NCBI GenBank assembly: GCA_002269645.1
Contig: NIVC01000798.1
Location: 30,191 to 94,190, forward strand
Direction: 5' to 3'
Length of the DNA stretch: 64,000 nt
From: Macrostomum lignano
Taxonomy: Eukaryota
Below, piece after piece: positions 14,558-26,771 of the stretch. The position numbers and the translations under genes were made by a program. Positions within the stretch are counted from its first letter, which is position 1. Every line of letters starts with the position of its first letter. The notes under the pieces are model-generated. The model did not search any database, was not told the origin of the DNA, and worked only from the letters and a program-made list of their open reading frames with translations.

Positions 14558-14759
14558 TGTTAGTTGCCCAGGGTTGGAGATTAGCAGAGACGGCTTTGCT
14601 AAGAGCAGCGAGTGCTACTGTGTGCTGGGATTTAAATGGCAGATTTTTCCACGCAGTTTGGAGCTTCTCTTAAGTCCGCCGGCGGGGCGACTGCTTGGGA
14701 GACGCGATGCGGCAGTAGACGCGGGGCCAATCCCGAGCCACCGGGGGCCTGAGTCCTCA

Positions 14760-14910
14760 ACTATTGGCCCGCCGTTGCTCATTGGGTGGCCGAGGGAGGG
14801 CGAGAGAGAGAGAGAGAGAGAGAGCGAGAGCTGTCCAACAACTCCCCGTGTCTTGTCATAGGGAGCTTCACTGTTAAGTTGTCTCGGTCGAGCTCTCGGC
14901 GGGGCGGAGC
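14760..14910 (-). promoter_or_regulatory. Putative proximal promoter/5' region of Lmx1 (CCAAT boxes, GC box, GA tract)
   Basis: ATTGG at 14763 and 14781, GGGGCGGAGC at 14901 and a (GA)n tract lie 200-350 bp upstream of the ATG. These are motif matches only and the TSS is unknown. Confidence 0.3.
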
Positions 14911-15443
14911 CGGGTCGGGCCCACCGCAGTCAGTGGCCGGAGTGGCCATAGTCTGAGCTGTGCTCTGCTTAACACCCCTCGCCCCCTGCTGGTCAGCGAG
15001 AGCGCGAACCCAGTGCAACTCAGCCGATGCTTTCGTTGCAAAATAAGGAGATTTTTTTAAACCCGGGGCTCTCTACGAACCAACTGTTTAAATCATATAG
15101 GCTTCCTTGTAGGCTTAGCTAATTTTAACACTAAACAGTGTGACAATCTCTTCTATCTAGTGGAGAACTGACTCTAGATTACTCTCACTTTCGAGTATAT
15201 TGATGAGGCGTTCGACTTGGCTAGTTTAGGCGGAGCGAGAGGACTGCAGCCTCCGCCCCTCCCCCCCCCCTGCTGAGATCGTTCGGAACTTGAAGACTCT
15301 CTAAGAAAGGCGTTGAATAGCAAGGAGCAAAATTCGTAGAAATGAAGAGAGACAATAGACAGATTTGCACAGAATGGGACGAGTTGTTCGATATGTATTC
15401 GAAAGCGTGTCCAGTTAATTCCAGGTTGGGAGATGGAGATTCG

Positions 15444-15445
<2 letters not shown>

Positions 15446-15514
<69 letters not shown>
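15446..15514. repeat. (GA)n microsatellite
   Basis: Direct inspection. Confidence 0.97.
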
Positions 15515-15516
<2 letters not shown>

Positions 15517-15785
15517 GTTGTTGCAGTGCCTGCTTTTTGTCTCGACTATTAATTGATTGACAGGCGGTTGAGTGGGCAACTTTAAAAGCGAGAGCGAGTG
15601 AATCGAATCATACGCATATATAGAGTATTCAACATGCAGGGAGTGAGACATAATTAAAGCATGTACAATAATTACTGCACTGGAATAGCCTACGATATTT
15701 GCTGTTCAGATGCGAAATGATGCGTGAACTGCTGTGTGTTCCGATGGGATTCCAGTTGCCATCCTATCACTGACAGCTCCTTCTT

Positions 15786-18484
15786 AGTGCCCTCACTGTA
15801 GCTTATGCTCAGTGCCCTTACTGTAGCTTATGCTCAGTGCCCTCACTGTAGCTTATGCTCAGTGCCCTTACTGTAGCTTATGCTCAGTGTCCTTACTGTA
15901 GCTTATGCTCAGTGCCCTTACTGTAGCTTATGCTCAGTGTCCTTACTGTAGCTTATGCTCAGTGCCCTTACTGTAGCTTATGCTCAGTGCCCTTACTGTA
16001 GCTTGTGCTCAGTGCCCTTACTGTAGCTTATGCTCAGTGCCCTTACTGTAGCTTATGCTCAGTGCCCTTACTGTAGCTTATGCTCAGTGCCCTTACTGTA
16101 GCTTATGCTCAGTGCCCTCACTGTAGCTTATGCTCAGTGCCCTTACTGTAGCTTATGCTCAGTGCCCTTACTGTAGCTTATGCTCAGTGCCCTTACTGTA
16201 GCTTATGCTCAGTGCCCTCACTGTAGCTTATGCTCAGTGCCCTTACTGTAGCTTATGCTCAGTGCCCTTACTGTAGCTTGTGCTCAGTGCCCTTACTGTA
16301 GCTTGTGCTCAGTGCCCTTACTGTAGCTTATGCTCAGTGCCCTTACTGTAGCTTATGCTCAGTGCCCTTACTGTAGCTTATGCTCAGTGCCCTTACTGTA
16401 GCTTATGCTCAGTGCCCTTACTGTAGCTTATGCTCAGTGCCCTTACTGTAGCTTATGCTCAGTGCCCTTACTGTAGCTTATGCTCAGTGCCCTTACTGTA
16501 GCTTATGCTCAGTGCCCTTACTGTAGCTTATGCTCAGTGCCCTTACTGTAGCTTATGCTCAGTGCCCTTACTGTAGCTTATGCTCAGTGCCCTCACTGTA
16601 GCTTATGCTCAGTGCCCTTACTGTAGCTTATGCTCAGTGCCCTTACTGTAGCTTATGCTCAGTGTCCTTACTGTAGCTTATGCTCAGTGCCCTTACTGTA
16701 GCTTATGCTCAGTGTCCTTACTGTAGCTTATGCTCAGTGCCCTTACTGTAGCTTATGCTCAGTGCCCTTACTGTAGCTTATGCTCAGTGCCCTTACTGTA
16801 GCTTATGCTCAGTGCCCTTACTGTAGCTTATGCTCAGTGCCCTTACTGTAGCTTATGCTCAGTGCCCTCACTGTAGCTTATGCTCAGTGCCCTTACTGTA
16901 GCTTATGCTCAGTGCCCTTACTGTAGCTTATGCTCAGTGCCCTTACTGTAGCTTATGCTCAGTGCCCTCACTGTAGCTTATGCTCAGTGCCCTTACTGTA
17001 GCTTATGCTCAGTGCCCTTACTGTAGCTTGTGCTCAGTGCCCTTACTGTAGCTTATGCTCAGTGCCCTTACTGTAGCTTATGCTCAGTGCCCTTACTGTA
17101 GCTTATGCTCAGTGCCCTTACTGTAGCTTATGCTCAGTGCCCTTACTGTAGCTTATGCTCAGTGCCCTTACTGTAGCTTATGCTCAGTGCCCTTACTGTA
17201 GCTTATGCTCAGTGCCCTTACTGTAGCTTATGCTCAGTGCCCTTACTGTAGCTTATGCTCAGTGCCCTTACTGTAGCTTATGCTCAGTGCCCTTACTGTA
17301 GCTTATGCTCAGTGCCCTTACTGTAGCTTATGCTCAGTGTCCTTACTGTAGCTTATGCTCAGTGCCCTTACTGTAGCTTATGCTCAGTTCCCTTACTGTA
17401 GCTTATGCTCAGTGCCCTTACTGTAGCTTATGCTCAGTGTCCTTACTGTAGCTTATGCTCAGTGCCCTTACTGTAGCTTATGCTCAGTGTCCTTACTGTA
17501 GCTTATGCTCAGTGCCCTTACTGTAGCTTATGCTCAGTGCCCTTACTGTAGCTTATGCTCAGTGCCCTTACTGTAGCTTATGCTCAGTGCCCTTACTGTA
17601 GCTTATGCTCAGTGTCCTCACTGTAGCTTATGCTCAGTGCCCTTACTGTAGCTTATGCTCAGTGCCCTTACTGTAGCTTATGCTCAGTGCCCTTACTGTA
17701 GCTTATGCTCAGTGCCCTTACTGTAGCTTATGCTCAGTGCCCTTACTGTAGCTTATGCTCAGTGCCCTTACTGTAGCTTATGCTCAGTGCCCTTACTGTA
17801 GCTTATGCTCAGTGCCCTTACTGTAGCTTATGCTCAGTGCCCTCACTGTAGCTTATGCTCAGTGCCCTCACTGTAGCTTATGCTCAGTGCCCTTACTGTA
17901 GCTTATGCTCAGTGCCCTTACTGTAGCTTATGCTCAGTGCCCTTACTGTAGCTTATGCTCAGTGCCCTCACTGTAGCTTATGCTCAGTGCCCTCACTGTA
18001 GCTTATGCTCAGTGCCCTTACTGTAGCTTATGCTCAGTGCCCTTACTGTAGCTTATGCTCAGTGCCCTTACTGTAGCTTATGCTCAGTGCCCTCACTGTA
18101 GCTTATGCTCAGTGCCCTTACTGTAGCTTATGCTCAGTGCCCTTACTGTAGCTTATGCTCAGTGCCCTTACTGTAGCTTATGCTCAGTGCCCTTACTGTA
18201 GCTTATGCTCAGTGCCCTTACTGTAGCTTATGCTCAGTGTCCTTACTGTAGCTTATGCTCAGTGCCCTTACTGTAGCTTATGCTCAGTGCCCTTACTGTA
18301 GCTTATGCTCAGTGCCCTTACTGTAGCTTATGCTCAGTGCCCTTACTGTAGCTTATGCTCAGTGCCCTTACTGTAGCTTATGCTCAGTGCCCTTACTGTA
18401 GCTTATGCTCAGTGCCCTTACTGTAGCTTATGCTCAGTGCCCTTACTGTAGCTTATGCTCAGTGCCCTTACTGTAGCTTATGTT
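15786..18484. repeat. Highly homogeneous 25-bp minisatellite, ~108 copies
   Basis: Unit AGTGCCCTTACTGTAGCTTATGCTC. Confidence 0.98.
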
Positions 18485-18998
18485 CAGCGCCATCAACAAC
18501 TCCATCTCAGTGACCCCAACAGCTTCTCTTCAGTGACCCAACAGTACCCATCAGTGACCCCAACTGGGTTGAATTAGACACGTTCGATGTAACCTTATGT
18601 CACTCCCCGAGCACCAGCGATTAAACCGTTTAAAAAGTTGCAGATGAATTTCACCCGAAAACCACAATCCTAATTCTCGACCTTGTTCACGCCTGACCAG
18701 GGAACTAATCAATAGCAGAACGGCTACCTAAACCAGCGATCCAATTAGTATGTTAATTCGAATGTCAAATTCGCTTTCAACATACATAAATTAAGCACAC
18801 ATTGTTGAATAACAAAACTGTCAGTTAAAAAATCCAAAAATTTAAGATCCATTCTTAGACAGGTTGAAAAAACTTGAGACCTATGCAGCGCCGATAATCC
18901 AAGAGTTTATGACGCAATCGGTGAGCTTCTTCGCACGGGGGGCCTTATTCGTCATTCTTTCGTGGTAAAGTAATGGAATATGATTTGGCTTTACTTTT

Positions 18999-19714
18999 GA
19001 CAGTGACAGTGACAGGGACAGTGACAGGGAGTGGGACTGTGACAGTGACTGTGACGGTGACAGTGACAGTGACAGTGACAGTGATAGTGACTGTGATAGT
19101 GACAGTGACAGTGACAGTGACAGTGACAGTGACAGTGACAGTGATAGTGACTGTGACAGTGACAGTGACAGTGACAGTGATAGTGACTGTGATAGTGACA
19201 GTGACAGTGACAGTGACAGTGATAGTGACGTAATTGATAGTGACAGTGACAGTGACAGTGACAGTGACAGTGACAGTGACAGTGACAGTAACAGTGATAG
19301 TGGCGTAAGTGATAGTGACAGTGACAGTGACAGTGACAGTGACATTTACAGTGACAGTGACAGTGACAGTGATAGTGACAGTGACAGTGACAGTTACAGT
19401 TACAGTGACAGTGACAGTGACAGTGATAGTGACGTAAGTGATAGTGACAGTGACAGTGACAGTGACAGTGACATTTACAGTGACAGTGACAGTGACAGTG
19501 ACAGTGACTGTGACAGTGACAGGGACAGTGGCAGTAACAGTGACAGTGACAGTGACAGTGATAGTGACTGTGATAGTGACAGTGACAGTGACAGTGACAG
19601 TGACAGTTACAGTTACAGTGACAGTGACAGTGACAGTGACAGTGATAGTGACGTAAGTGATAGTGACAGTGACAGTGACAGTGATAGTGACAGGCACAGT
19701 GACAGGAACAGTGA
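18999..19714. repeat. (GTGACA)n hexamer satellite
   Basis: Direct inspection. Confidence 0.96.
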
Positions 19715-19734
19715 TAATAACTTTTCTTTTGATA

Positions 19735-20034
19735 TAATAATGATATTGATTACGCATGCCCCAATTGGGCCAGATGTGCAACCGACAGCTCAGCCGCAGC
19801 TATTGCGCAGCGCATCTGAAGGCTGCGTACGGCTGGTCAGTCCAAGGACTGGGGGGTCGCCACACACACCCTCAATTACCCCAGCTAATGCTGGCACCCA
19901 TTTTACAGCTGGGTGAACAGAAGCAAGTTAAGCGTGTTGTGCTCAAGGACACAAATTGTTCCATTGGGACTGGGAAACGAACCCCCGACCTTTAAGTCGT
20001 GAGTCCGACGCTCTGACCACTAGGCTACAACCCC
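19735..20034 (-). mobile_element. tRNA-derived CORE-type SINE
   Basis: The minus strand has an A box (TAGCCTAGTGGTCAGAG) and B box (GGTTCGTTTCC). These are followed by TGTGTCCTTGAGCA...CTTAAC...CTGTAAAATGGG, resembling the MIR/CORE domain, and an AT-rich tail. Confidence 0.75.
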
Positions 20035-20202
20035 TTGCTTCTGATATAAAGGGCTTTTAAGCCAGCTACGAGCACTGCCGAACTCCAGTCAATTAACACT
20101 CAGTATGCGAAACAAAAAGAAAAGAAATAGCATCTTTCTTGCTTTTTTGCTGATACTGCTTCTTTGTTTTTCTCGCTTCTGCTATAATTGCCTTATAAAT
20201 TG

Positions 20203-20365
20203 TTGCTTCGTAGCTTAGGAAGCAGAGTGCGCCTGACTTTGACGTCACGACCCCTGGTTCGATTCCGTGCGCGGTATTGGCGCTCTTGCATGTGCTCAGA
20301 AGTCAGCGGAACGGGCAGAACTACCGTCAGCGTGCCTGGTTGTGGGACGACCTCGTGATATTATT
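20203..20365 (+). mobile_element. tRNA-derived SINE (second family), internally deleted copy
   Basis: A box TAGCTTAGGAAGCAGAG and B box GGTTCGATTCC; body GTATTGG...CATGTGCTCAG...TCAGCGGAACGGG is shared with the inverted copy at 20690-21015. Confidence 0.7.
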
Positions 20366-20689
20366 TATATTATAATTACTGCTAACGTCCCAGATTTCCT
20401 GTTTACTCCCGCTGATCGTTTCCCACGAATTCGGTATTAAAATCGCAATCTATACTGACTACTCATAACTACCTATTAGTAGGCTACTCGGCGGATGTGC
20501 GTCAAAGTTTTTTTGTTGGGATAAGCCAAGTTCAAAGTTAGTTTAGCCATCTCATCACGTGAACAGCTGTGGTGTCAGGTACTTTTAAAATTAACTCATA
20601 AACGAATTTCACACCTATAGAGCAAACAGCCGTGTCTTAAGCACTCTTAATACTGGCAATACTAGTTGCAGAAGCGCTGTGGGCACTCC

Positions 20690-21015
20690 GGTGCAATGAC
20701 TTCGATGACATCGGTCCCACAGCCAGCGCTGAGGCAATTCTTCCCATTCCGCTGACACCTGAGCACATGCGAGCGCTCCAATACTGTACACAAGCACGCA
20801 CTCACACAGGGTGTACAGCGGCATATTGACTTTCTAATCGTCAGGCATGTACACTCACTGGGCCTTGGGGTTTGGCCCTCATGAGTTTGAATCGCACGAC
20901 AACCCCTCGGCCAATTTCGTGCACAGGCCCCAAACGAATGTTTCCGCGCACGGAATCGAACCAGGGGTCGTGACGTCAGAGGCAGGCGCGCTCTGCTTCC
21001 TAAGCTACGAAGCAA
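20690..21015 (-). mobile_element. tRNA-derived SINE (second family), longer copy
   Basis: Near-identical tRNA-like head to 20203, plus a ~160-bp middle segment. Its motif GAGTGTACATGCCTGACG recurs at ~46636 and ~54212. Confidence 0.7.
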
Positions 21016-21019
21016 CAAA

Positions 21020-23322
21020 GTCACTGTCACTGTCTATCACAATCACGTAATTGTCATTGTCACTGTCACTGTCTATCACAATCACGTAATTGTCATTGTC
21101 ACTGTCACTGTCTATCACAATCACGAAATTGTCATTGTCACTGTCACTGTCTATCACAATCACGTAATTGTCATTATCACTGTCACTGTCTATCACAATC
21201 ACGTAATTGTTATTGTCACTGTCACTGTCTATCACAATCACGTAATTGTCATTGTCACTGTCACTGTCTATCACAATCACGTAATTGTCATTGTCACTGT
21301 CACTGTCTATCACAATCACGTAATTGTCATTGTCACTGTCACTGTCTATCACAATCACGAAATTGTCATTGTCACTGTCACTGTCTATCACAATCACGTA
21401 ATTGTCATTATCACTGTCACTGTCTATCACAATCACGTAATTGTTATTGTCACTGTCACTGTCTATCACAATCACGTAATTGTCATTGTCACTGTCACTG
21501 TCTATCACAATCACGTCATTGTCATTGTCACTGTCACTGTCACTGTCACTGTCACTGTCACTGTTACTGTCACTGTCACTGTCACTGTCACTGTCACTAT
21601 CACTGTCACTGTCACTGTCACTGTCACTGTCACTGTCACTGTCACTGTTACTGTCACTGTCACTGTCACTGTCACTGTTACTGTCACTGTCACAGTCACA
21701 GTCACTGTCACTGTCACTGTCACTGTCACTGTCACTGTCACTGTCATTGTCACTGTCACTGTCACTGTTTACTGTCACTGTCACTGTCACTGTTTACTGT
21801 CACTGTCACTGTCACTGTCCCTGTCTATCACTATCACGTAATTGTCATTGTCACTGTCACTGTCACTGTTACTGTCACTGTCACTGTCACTGTCACTGTC
21901 ACTATCACTGTCACTGTCACTGTCACTGTCACTGTCACGGTCACGGTCATGGTCACTGTCACTGTCTATCACTATCACGTAATTGTCATTGTCCTTGTCC
22001 CTGCCCCTGTCACTGTCCCTGTCACTGTCCCTGTCACTGTCCCTGTCACTGTCCCTGTCCTTGTCACTGTCACTGTCACTGTCACTGTCACTATCACTAT
22101 CACTATCACTATCCCTGTCACTGTCCCTGTCCCTGTCACTGTCACTGTCCCTGTCACTGTCACTGTCTATCACTATCACGTAATTGTCATTGTCCCTGTC
22201 ACACTCCCTGTCACTGTCCCTGTCACTGTCACTGTCTATTACTATCACGTAATTGTCATTGTCCCTGTCCCTGTTCCTGTCACTGTCCCTGTCACTGTCC
22301 ATGTCACTGTCACTGTCACTGTCACTGTTACTGTCACTGTCACTATCACTATAACTGTCACTGTCACTGTCACTGTCACTGTCACTGTCACTGTCATTGT
22401 CCCTGTCACTGTCCCTGTCACTGTCACTGTCACTGTCACTGTCACGGTCACTGTCACTGTTACTGTCACTGTTACTGTCACTGTTACTGCCAGTGTCACT
22501 TTCACTATCACTGTTACTGCCAGTGTCACTGTCACTCTTACTGTTAGTGTCACTGTTACTGTCACTGTCACTGTCACTGTCACGGTCACTGTCACTGTCA
22601 CTGTCGCTGTCACTGTCACTGTCACTGTCACTGTAACTGTCACTGTCACTGGCACTGTCACTGTCACTGTCACTGTCACTGTCACTGTCACAGTCACTGT
22701 CACTGTTACTGTCACTGTTACTGCCAGTGTCACTTTCACTATCACTGTTACTGCCAGTGTCACTGTCACTCTTACTGTTAGTGTCACTGTTACTGTCACT
22801 GTCACTGTCACTGTCACGGTCACTGTCACTGTCACTGTCGCTGTCACTGTCACTGTCACTGTCACTGTAACTGTCACTGTCACTGGCACTGTCACTGTCA
22901 CTGTCACTGTCACTGTCACTGTCACGGTCACTGTCACTGTTACTGTCACTGTTACTGCCAGTGTCACTTTCACTATCACTGTTACTGCCAGTGTCACTGT
23001 CACTCTTACTGTTAGTGTCACTGTTACTGTCACTGTCACTGTTACTGTCACTGTCACTGTTACTGTCACGGTCACTGTCACTGTCACTGTTACTGTCACT
23101 ATTACTGTCACTGTTACTGCCAGTGTCACTTTCACTATCACTGTTACTGCCAGTATCACTGTCACTCTTACTGTTAGTGTCACTGTTACTGTCACTGTCA
23201 CTGTCACTGTCACTGTCACTGTCACTGTCACTGTCACTGTAACTGTCACTGTCACTGTCCCTGTCACTGTCCCTGTCACTTTCGTGTCACTGTCATTATC
23301 ACTGTCACTGTCACTGTCACTG
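21020..23322. repeat. (TGTCAC)n hexamer satellite with variant blocks and a ~235-bp higher-order repeat
   Basis: Direct inspection; reverse complement of the 18999-19714 unit. Confidence 0.96.
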
Positions 23323-24109
23323 CAGCCCTCTCAAGCACTCATATTCCTACGATTGAATCTCAAATCAAGGATATCTTTTGTGATCGAATAATCAAAAACC
23401 CAAGAGCGACCACAGTAAATAGGGTGAAGACAGTGAGTATCTATGTAGAAAAAATGAACTAAAATGAGCTTGAAAGCTTCTTGGCAAATTTAAGAGCAGC
23501 TAGAAGAGCCATTACTATTGTATGGAAAAATTGATTGCAACATCTTGTTGAAGTCCCCTTAAACAGTACTCTGAGAAGTACACTAGCTAGAACATGAAAA
23601 GCAAACACAACGGAGAGCAGGCATACCGTGACATCAGTTGATTGACTTGCCAACTCTGAGCAGCAGAGTGGTCCGTAAGCACTGCTAAAATGTTCTTAGC
23701 AAGAAATCACTGTAATATATAATTTGCATGCATACACGAGCGTATAAGCTAATAACTATCCATTGAATTTTAGGTCATCAAGGCTGAAAGAGGAGGCCTC
23801 TTTCTATTGAAGCAATTCCTTCCTGTTGGGAAGTCTATAATAAATTTCTAGCGCTAATGCATACTCAGGAAGTGATATACGAGCATATAAGGTAAACATA
23901 AAGTCAAGCAAAACAGGAGAGCGTTAGTTTCTAATGGTATTTGATTTGGGAAGCAGGTTTGCCTGGGAAAAGGACAGCTAGACCTTCTTGAGACTCTTGA
24001 CTCTTACTTCATAGACGGATCCACGGACGACTCAAGATAGAAATCTAGATTGGACGCACATTTTCTACTAATTCAGGCCGATTCAATTTCCTGCAAACAA
24101 AATCAATAA

Positions 24110-26557
24110 TGGAGCTCCGTTCAACTCAATCGATAAAGAATCAAACAAATCAATAATTAAGCTCCGTACAACTCAATCAATAAAGAATCAAGCAAATCAC
24201 TAATTAAGCACAACTCAATCGATAGAAGAATCAAACAAATCACTAATTAAGCTCCGTACAACTCAATCGATAGAAGAATCAAACAAATCACTAATTAAGC
24301 ACAACTCAATCGATAAAGAATCAAACAAATCACTAATTAAGCACAACTCAATCAATAAAGAGTCAAACAAATCACTAATTAAGCTACGTACAACTCAATC
24401 GATAGAAGAATCAAACAAATCACTAATTAAGCTCCGTACAACTCAATCGATAAAGAATCAATCAAATCACTAATTAAGCTCCGTACAACTCAATCGATAA
24501 AGAATCAAACAAATCACTAATTAAGCTCCGTACAACTCAATCGATAAAGAATCAAACAAATCAATAGTTAAGCTCCGTACAACCCAATCGATAAAAAATC
24601 AAACAAATCAATAATTAAGCTCCGTACAACTCAATCGATAAAGAATCAAACAAATCACTAATTAAGCTCCGTAAAACTCAATCGATAAAGAATCAAACAA
24701 ATCACTAATTAAGCTCCGTACAACTCAATCGATAGAAGAATCAAACAAATCACTAATTAAGCTCCGTAAAACTCAATCGATAGAAGAATCAAACAAATCA
24801 CTAATTAAGCTCCGTACAACTCAATCGATAAAGAATCAAACAAATCACTAATTAAGCTCCGTACAACTCAATCGATAAAGAATCAAACAAATCACTAATT
24901 AAGCTCCGTACAACTCAATCGATAAAGAATCAAACAAATCAATAATTAAGCTCCGAACAACGCAATCGATAGAAGAAACAAACAAATCACTAATTAAGCA
25001 CCGTACAACTCAATCGATAAAGAATCAAACAAATCACTAATTAAGCACCGTACAACTCAATCGATAAAGAGTCAAACAAATCACTAATTAAGCTCCGTAC
25101 AACTCAATCGATAGAAGAATCAAACAAATAACTAATTAAGCTCCGTACAACTCAATCGATAGAAGAATCAAACAAATCACTAATTAAGCACAACTCAATC
25201 AATAAAGAGTCAAACAAATCACTAATTAAGCTCCGTACAACTCAATCGATAAAGAATCAAACAAATCACTAATTAAGCTCCGTACAACTCAATCGATAAA
25301 GAATCAAACAAATCACTAATTAAGCTCCGTACAACTCAATCGATAAAGAATCAAACAAATCACTAATTAAGCTCCGTACAACTCAATCGATAGAAGAATC
25401 AAACAAATCACTAATTAAGCTCCGTACAACTCAATCGATAAAGAATCAAACAAATCACTAATTAAGCTCCGTAAAACTCAATCGATAAAGAATCAAACAA
25501 ATCACTAATTAAGCACCGTACAACTCAATCGATAGAAGAATCAAACAAATCACTAATTAAGCTCCGTACAACTCAATCGATAGAAGAATCAAACAAATCA
25601 CTAATTAAGCTCCGTACAACTCAATCGATAAAGAATCAAACAAATCACTAATTAAGCTCCGTACAACTCAATCGATAAAGAATCAAACAAATCACTAATT
25701 AAGCTCCGTACAACTCAATCGATAAAGAATCAAACAAATCAATAATTAAGCTCCGAACAACGCAATCGATAGAAGAAACAAACAAATCACTAATTAAGCT
25801 CCGTACAACTCAATCGATAGAAGAATCAAACAAATAACTAATTAAGCTCCGTACAACTCAATCGATAGAAGAATCAAACAAATCACTAATTAAGCACAAC
25901 TCAATCAATAAAGAGTCAAACAAATCACTAATTAAGCTCCGTACAACTCAATCGATAAAGAATCAAACAAATCACTAATTAAGCTCCGTACAACTCAATC
26001 GATAAAGAATCAAACAAATCACTAATTAAGCTCCGTACAACTCAATCGATAAAGAATCAAACAAATCACTAATTAAGCTCCGTACAACTCAATCGATAGA
26101 AGAATCAAACAAATCACTAATTAAGCTCCGTACAACTCAATCGATAAAGAATCAAACAAATCACTAATTAAGCTCCGTAAAACTCAATCGATAAAGAATC
26201 AAACAAATCACTAATTAAGCACCGTACAACTCAATCGATAGAAGAATCAAACAAATCACTAATTAAGCTCCGTACAACTCAATCGATAGAAGAATCAAAC
26301 AAATCACTAATTAAGCTCCGTACAACTCAATCGATAAAGAATCAAACAAATCACTAATTAAGCTCCGTACAACTCAATCGATAAAGAATCAAACAAATCA
26401 CTAATTAAGCTCCGTACAACTCAATCGATAAAGAATCAAACAAATCACTAATTAAGCTCCGTACAACTCAATCGATAAAGAATCAAACAAATCACTAATT
26501 AAGCTCCGTACAACTCAATCGATAAAGAATCAAACAAATCACTAATTAAGCTCCGTT
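24110..26557. repeat. 47/48-bp minisatellite
   Basis: Unit AATCAAACAAATCACTAATTAAGCTCCGTACAACTCAATCGATAAAG. Confidence 0.97.
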
Positions 26558-26771
26558 AATGCTCAAGCTCAAGCTATCTTAGCTGGGTGCAGACAAGTCA
26601 GATTCGTCCCAGAGACCGAGTTTCATGGCACCGAGCCTCCCATCCAGTCAGAGCTGATGCTGCGGGAGGGGGAGGTGCACCTGCTCTCAGTCAGCGGCTT
26701 GCATATCTGATTGTAACCCGAGACTGATCCAAGCCAGGTAAGCTGAGCTCTAGCAGGACTGCCGATAGACC

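Noticed and set aside
20203-20280. Functional tRNA-Gln gene
   Set aside because: Acceptor, anticodon and T stems pair poorly, and the head continues into a shared SINE body
21005-21790. ORF with Ser-Asp repeats resembling staphylococcal Sdr/Clf adhesins or dentin phosphoprotein
   Set aside because: It is one frame of the (TGTCAC)n satellite. Other frames give VT, LS and CH repeats, and there is no signal peptide or unique domain.
15786-26557. Long regular arrays superficially like CRISPR
   Set aside because: Head-to-tail units with no unique spacers, no cas genes and a eukaryotic context
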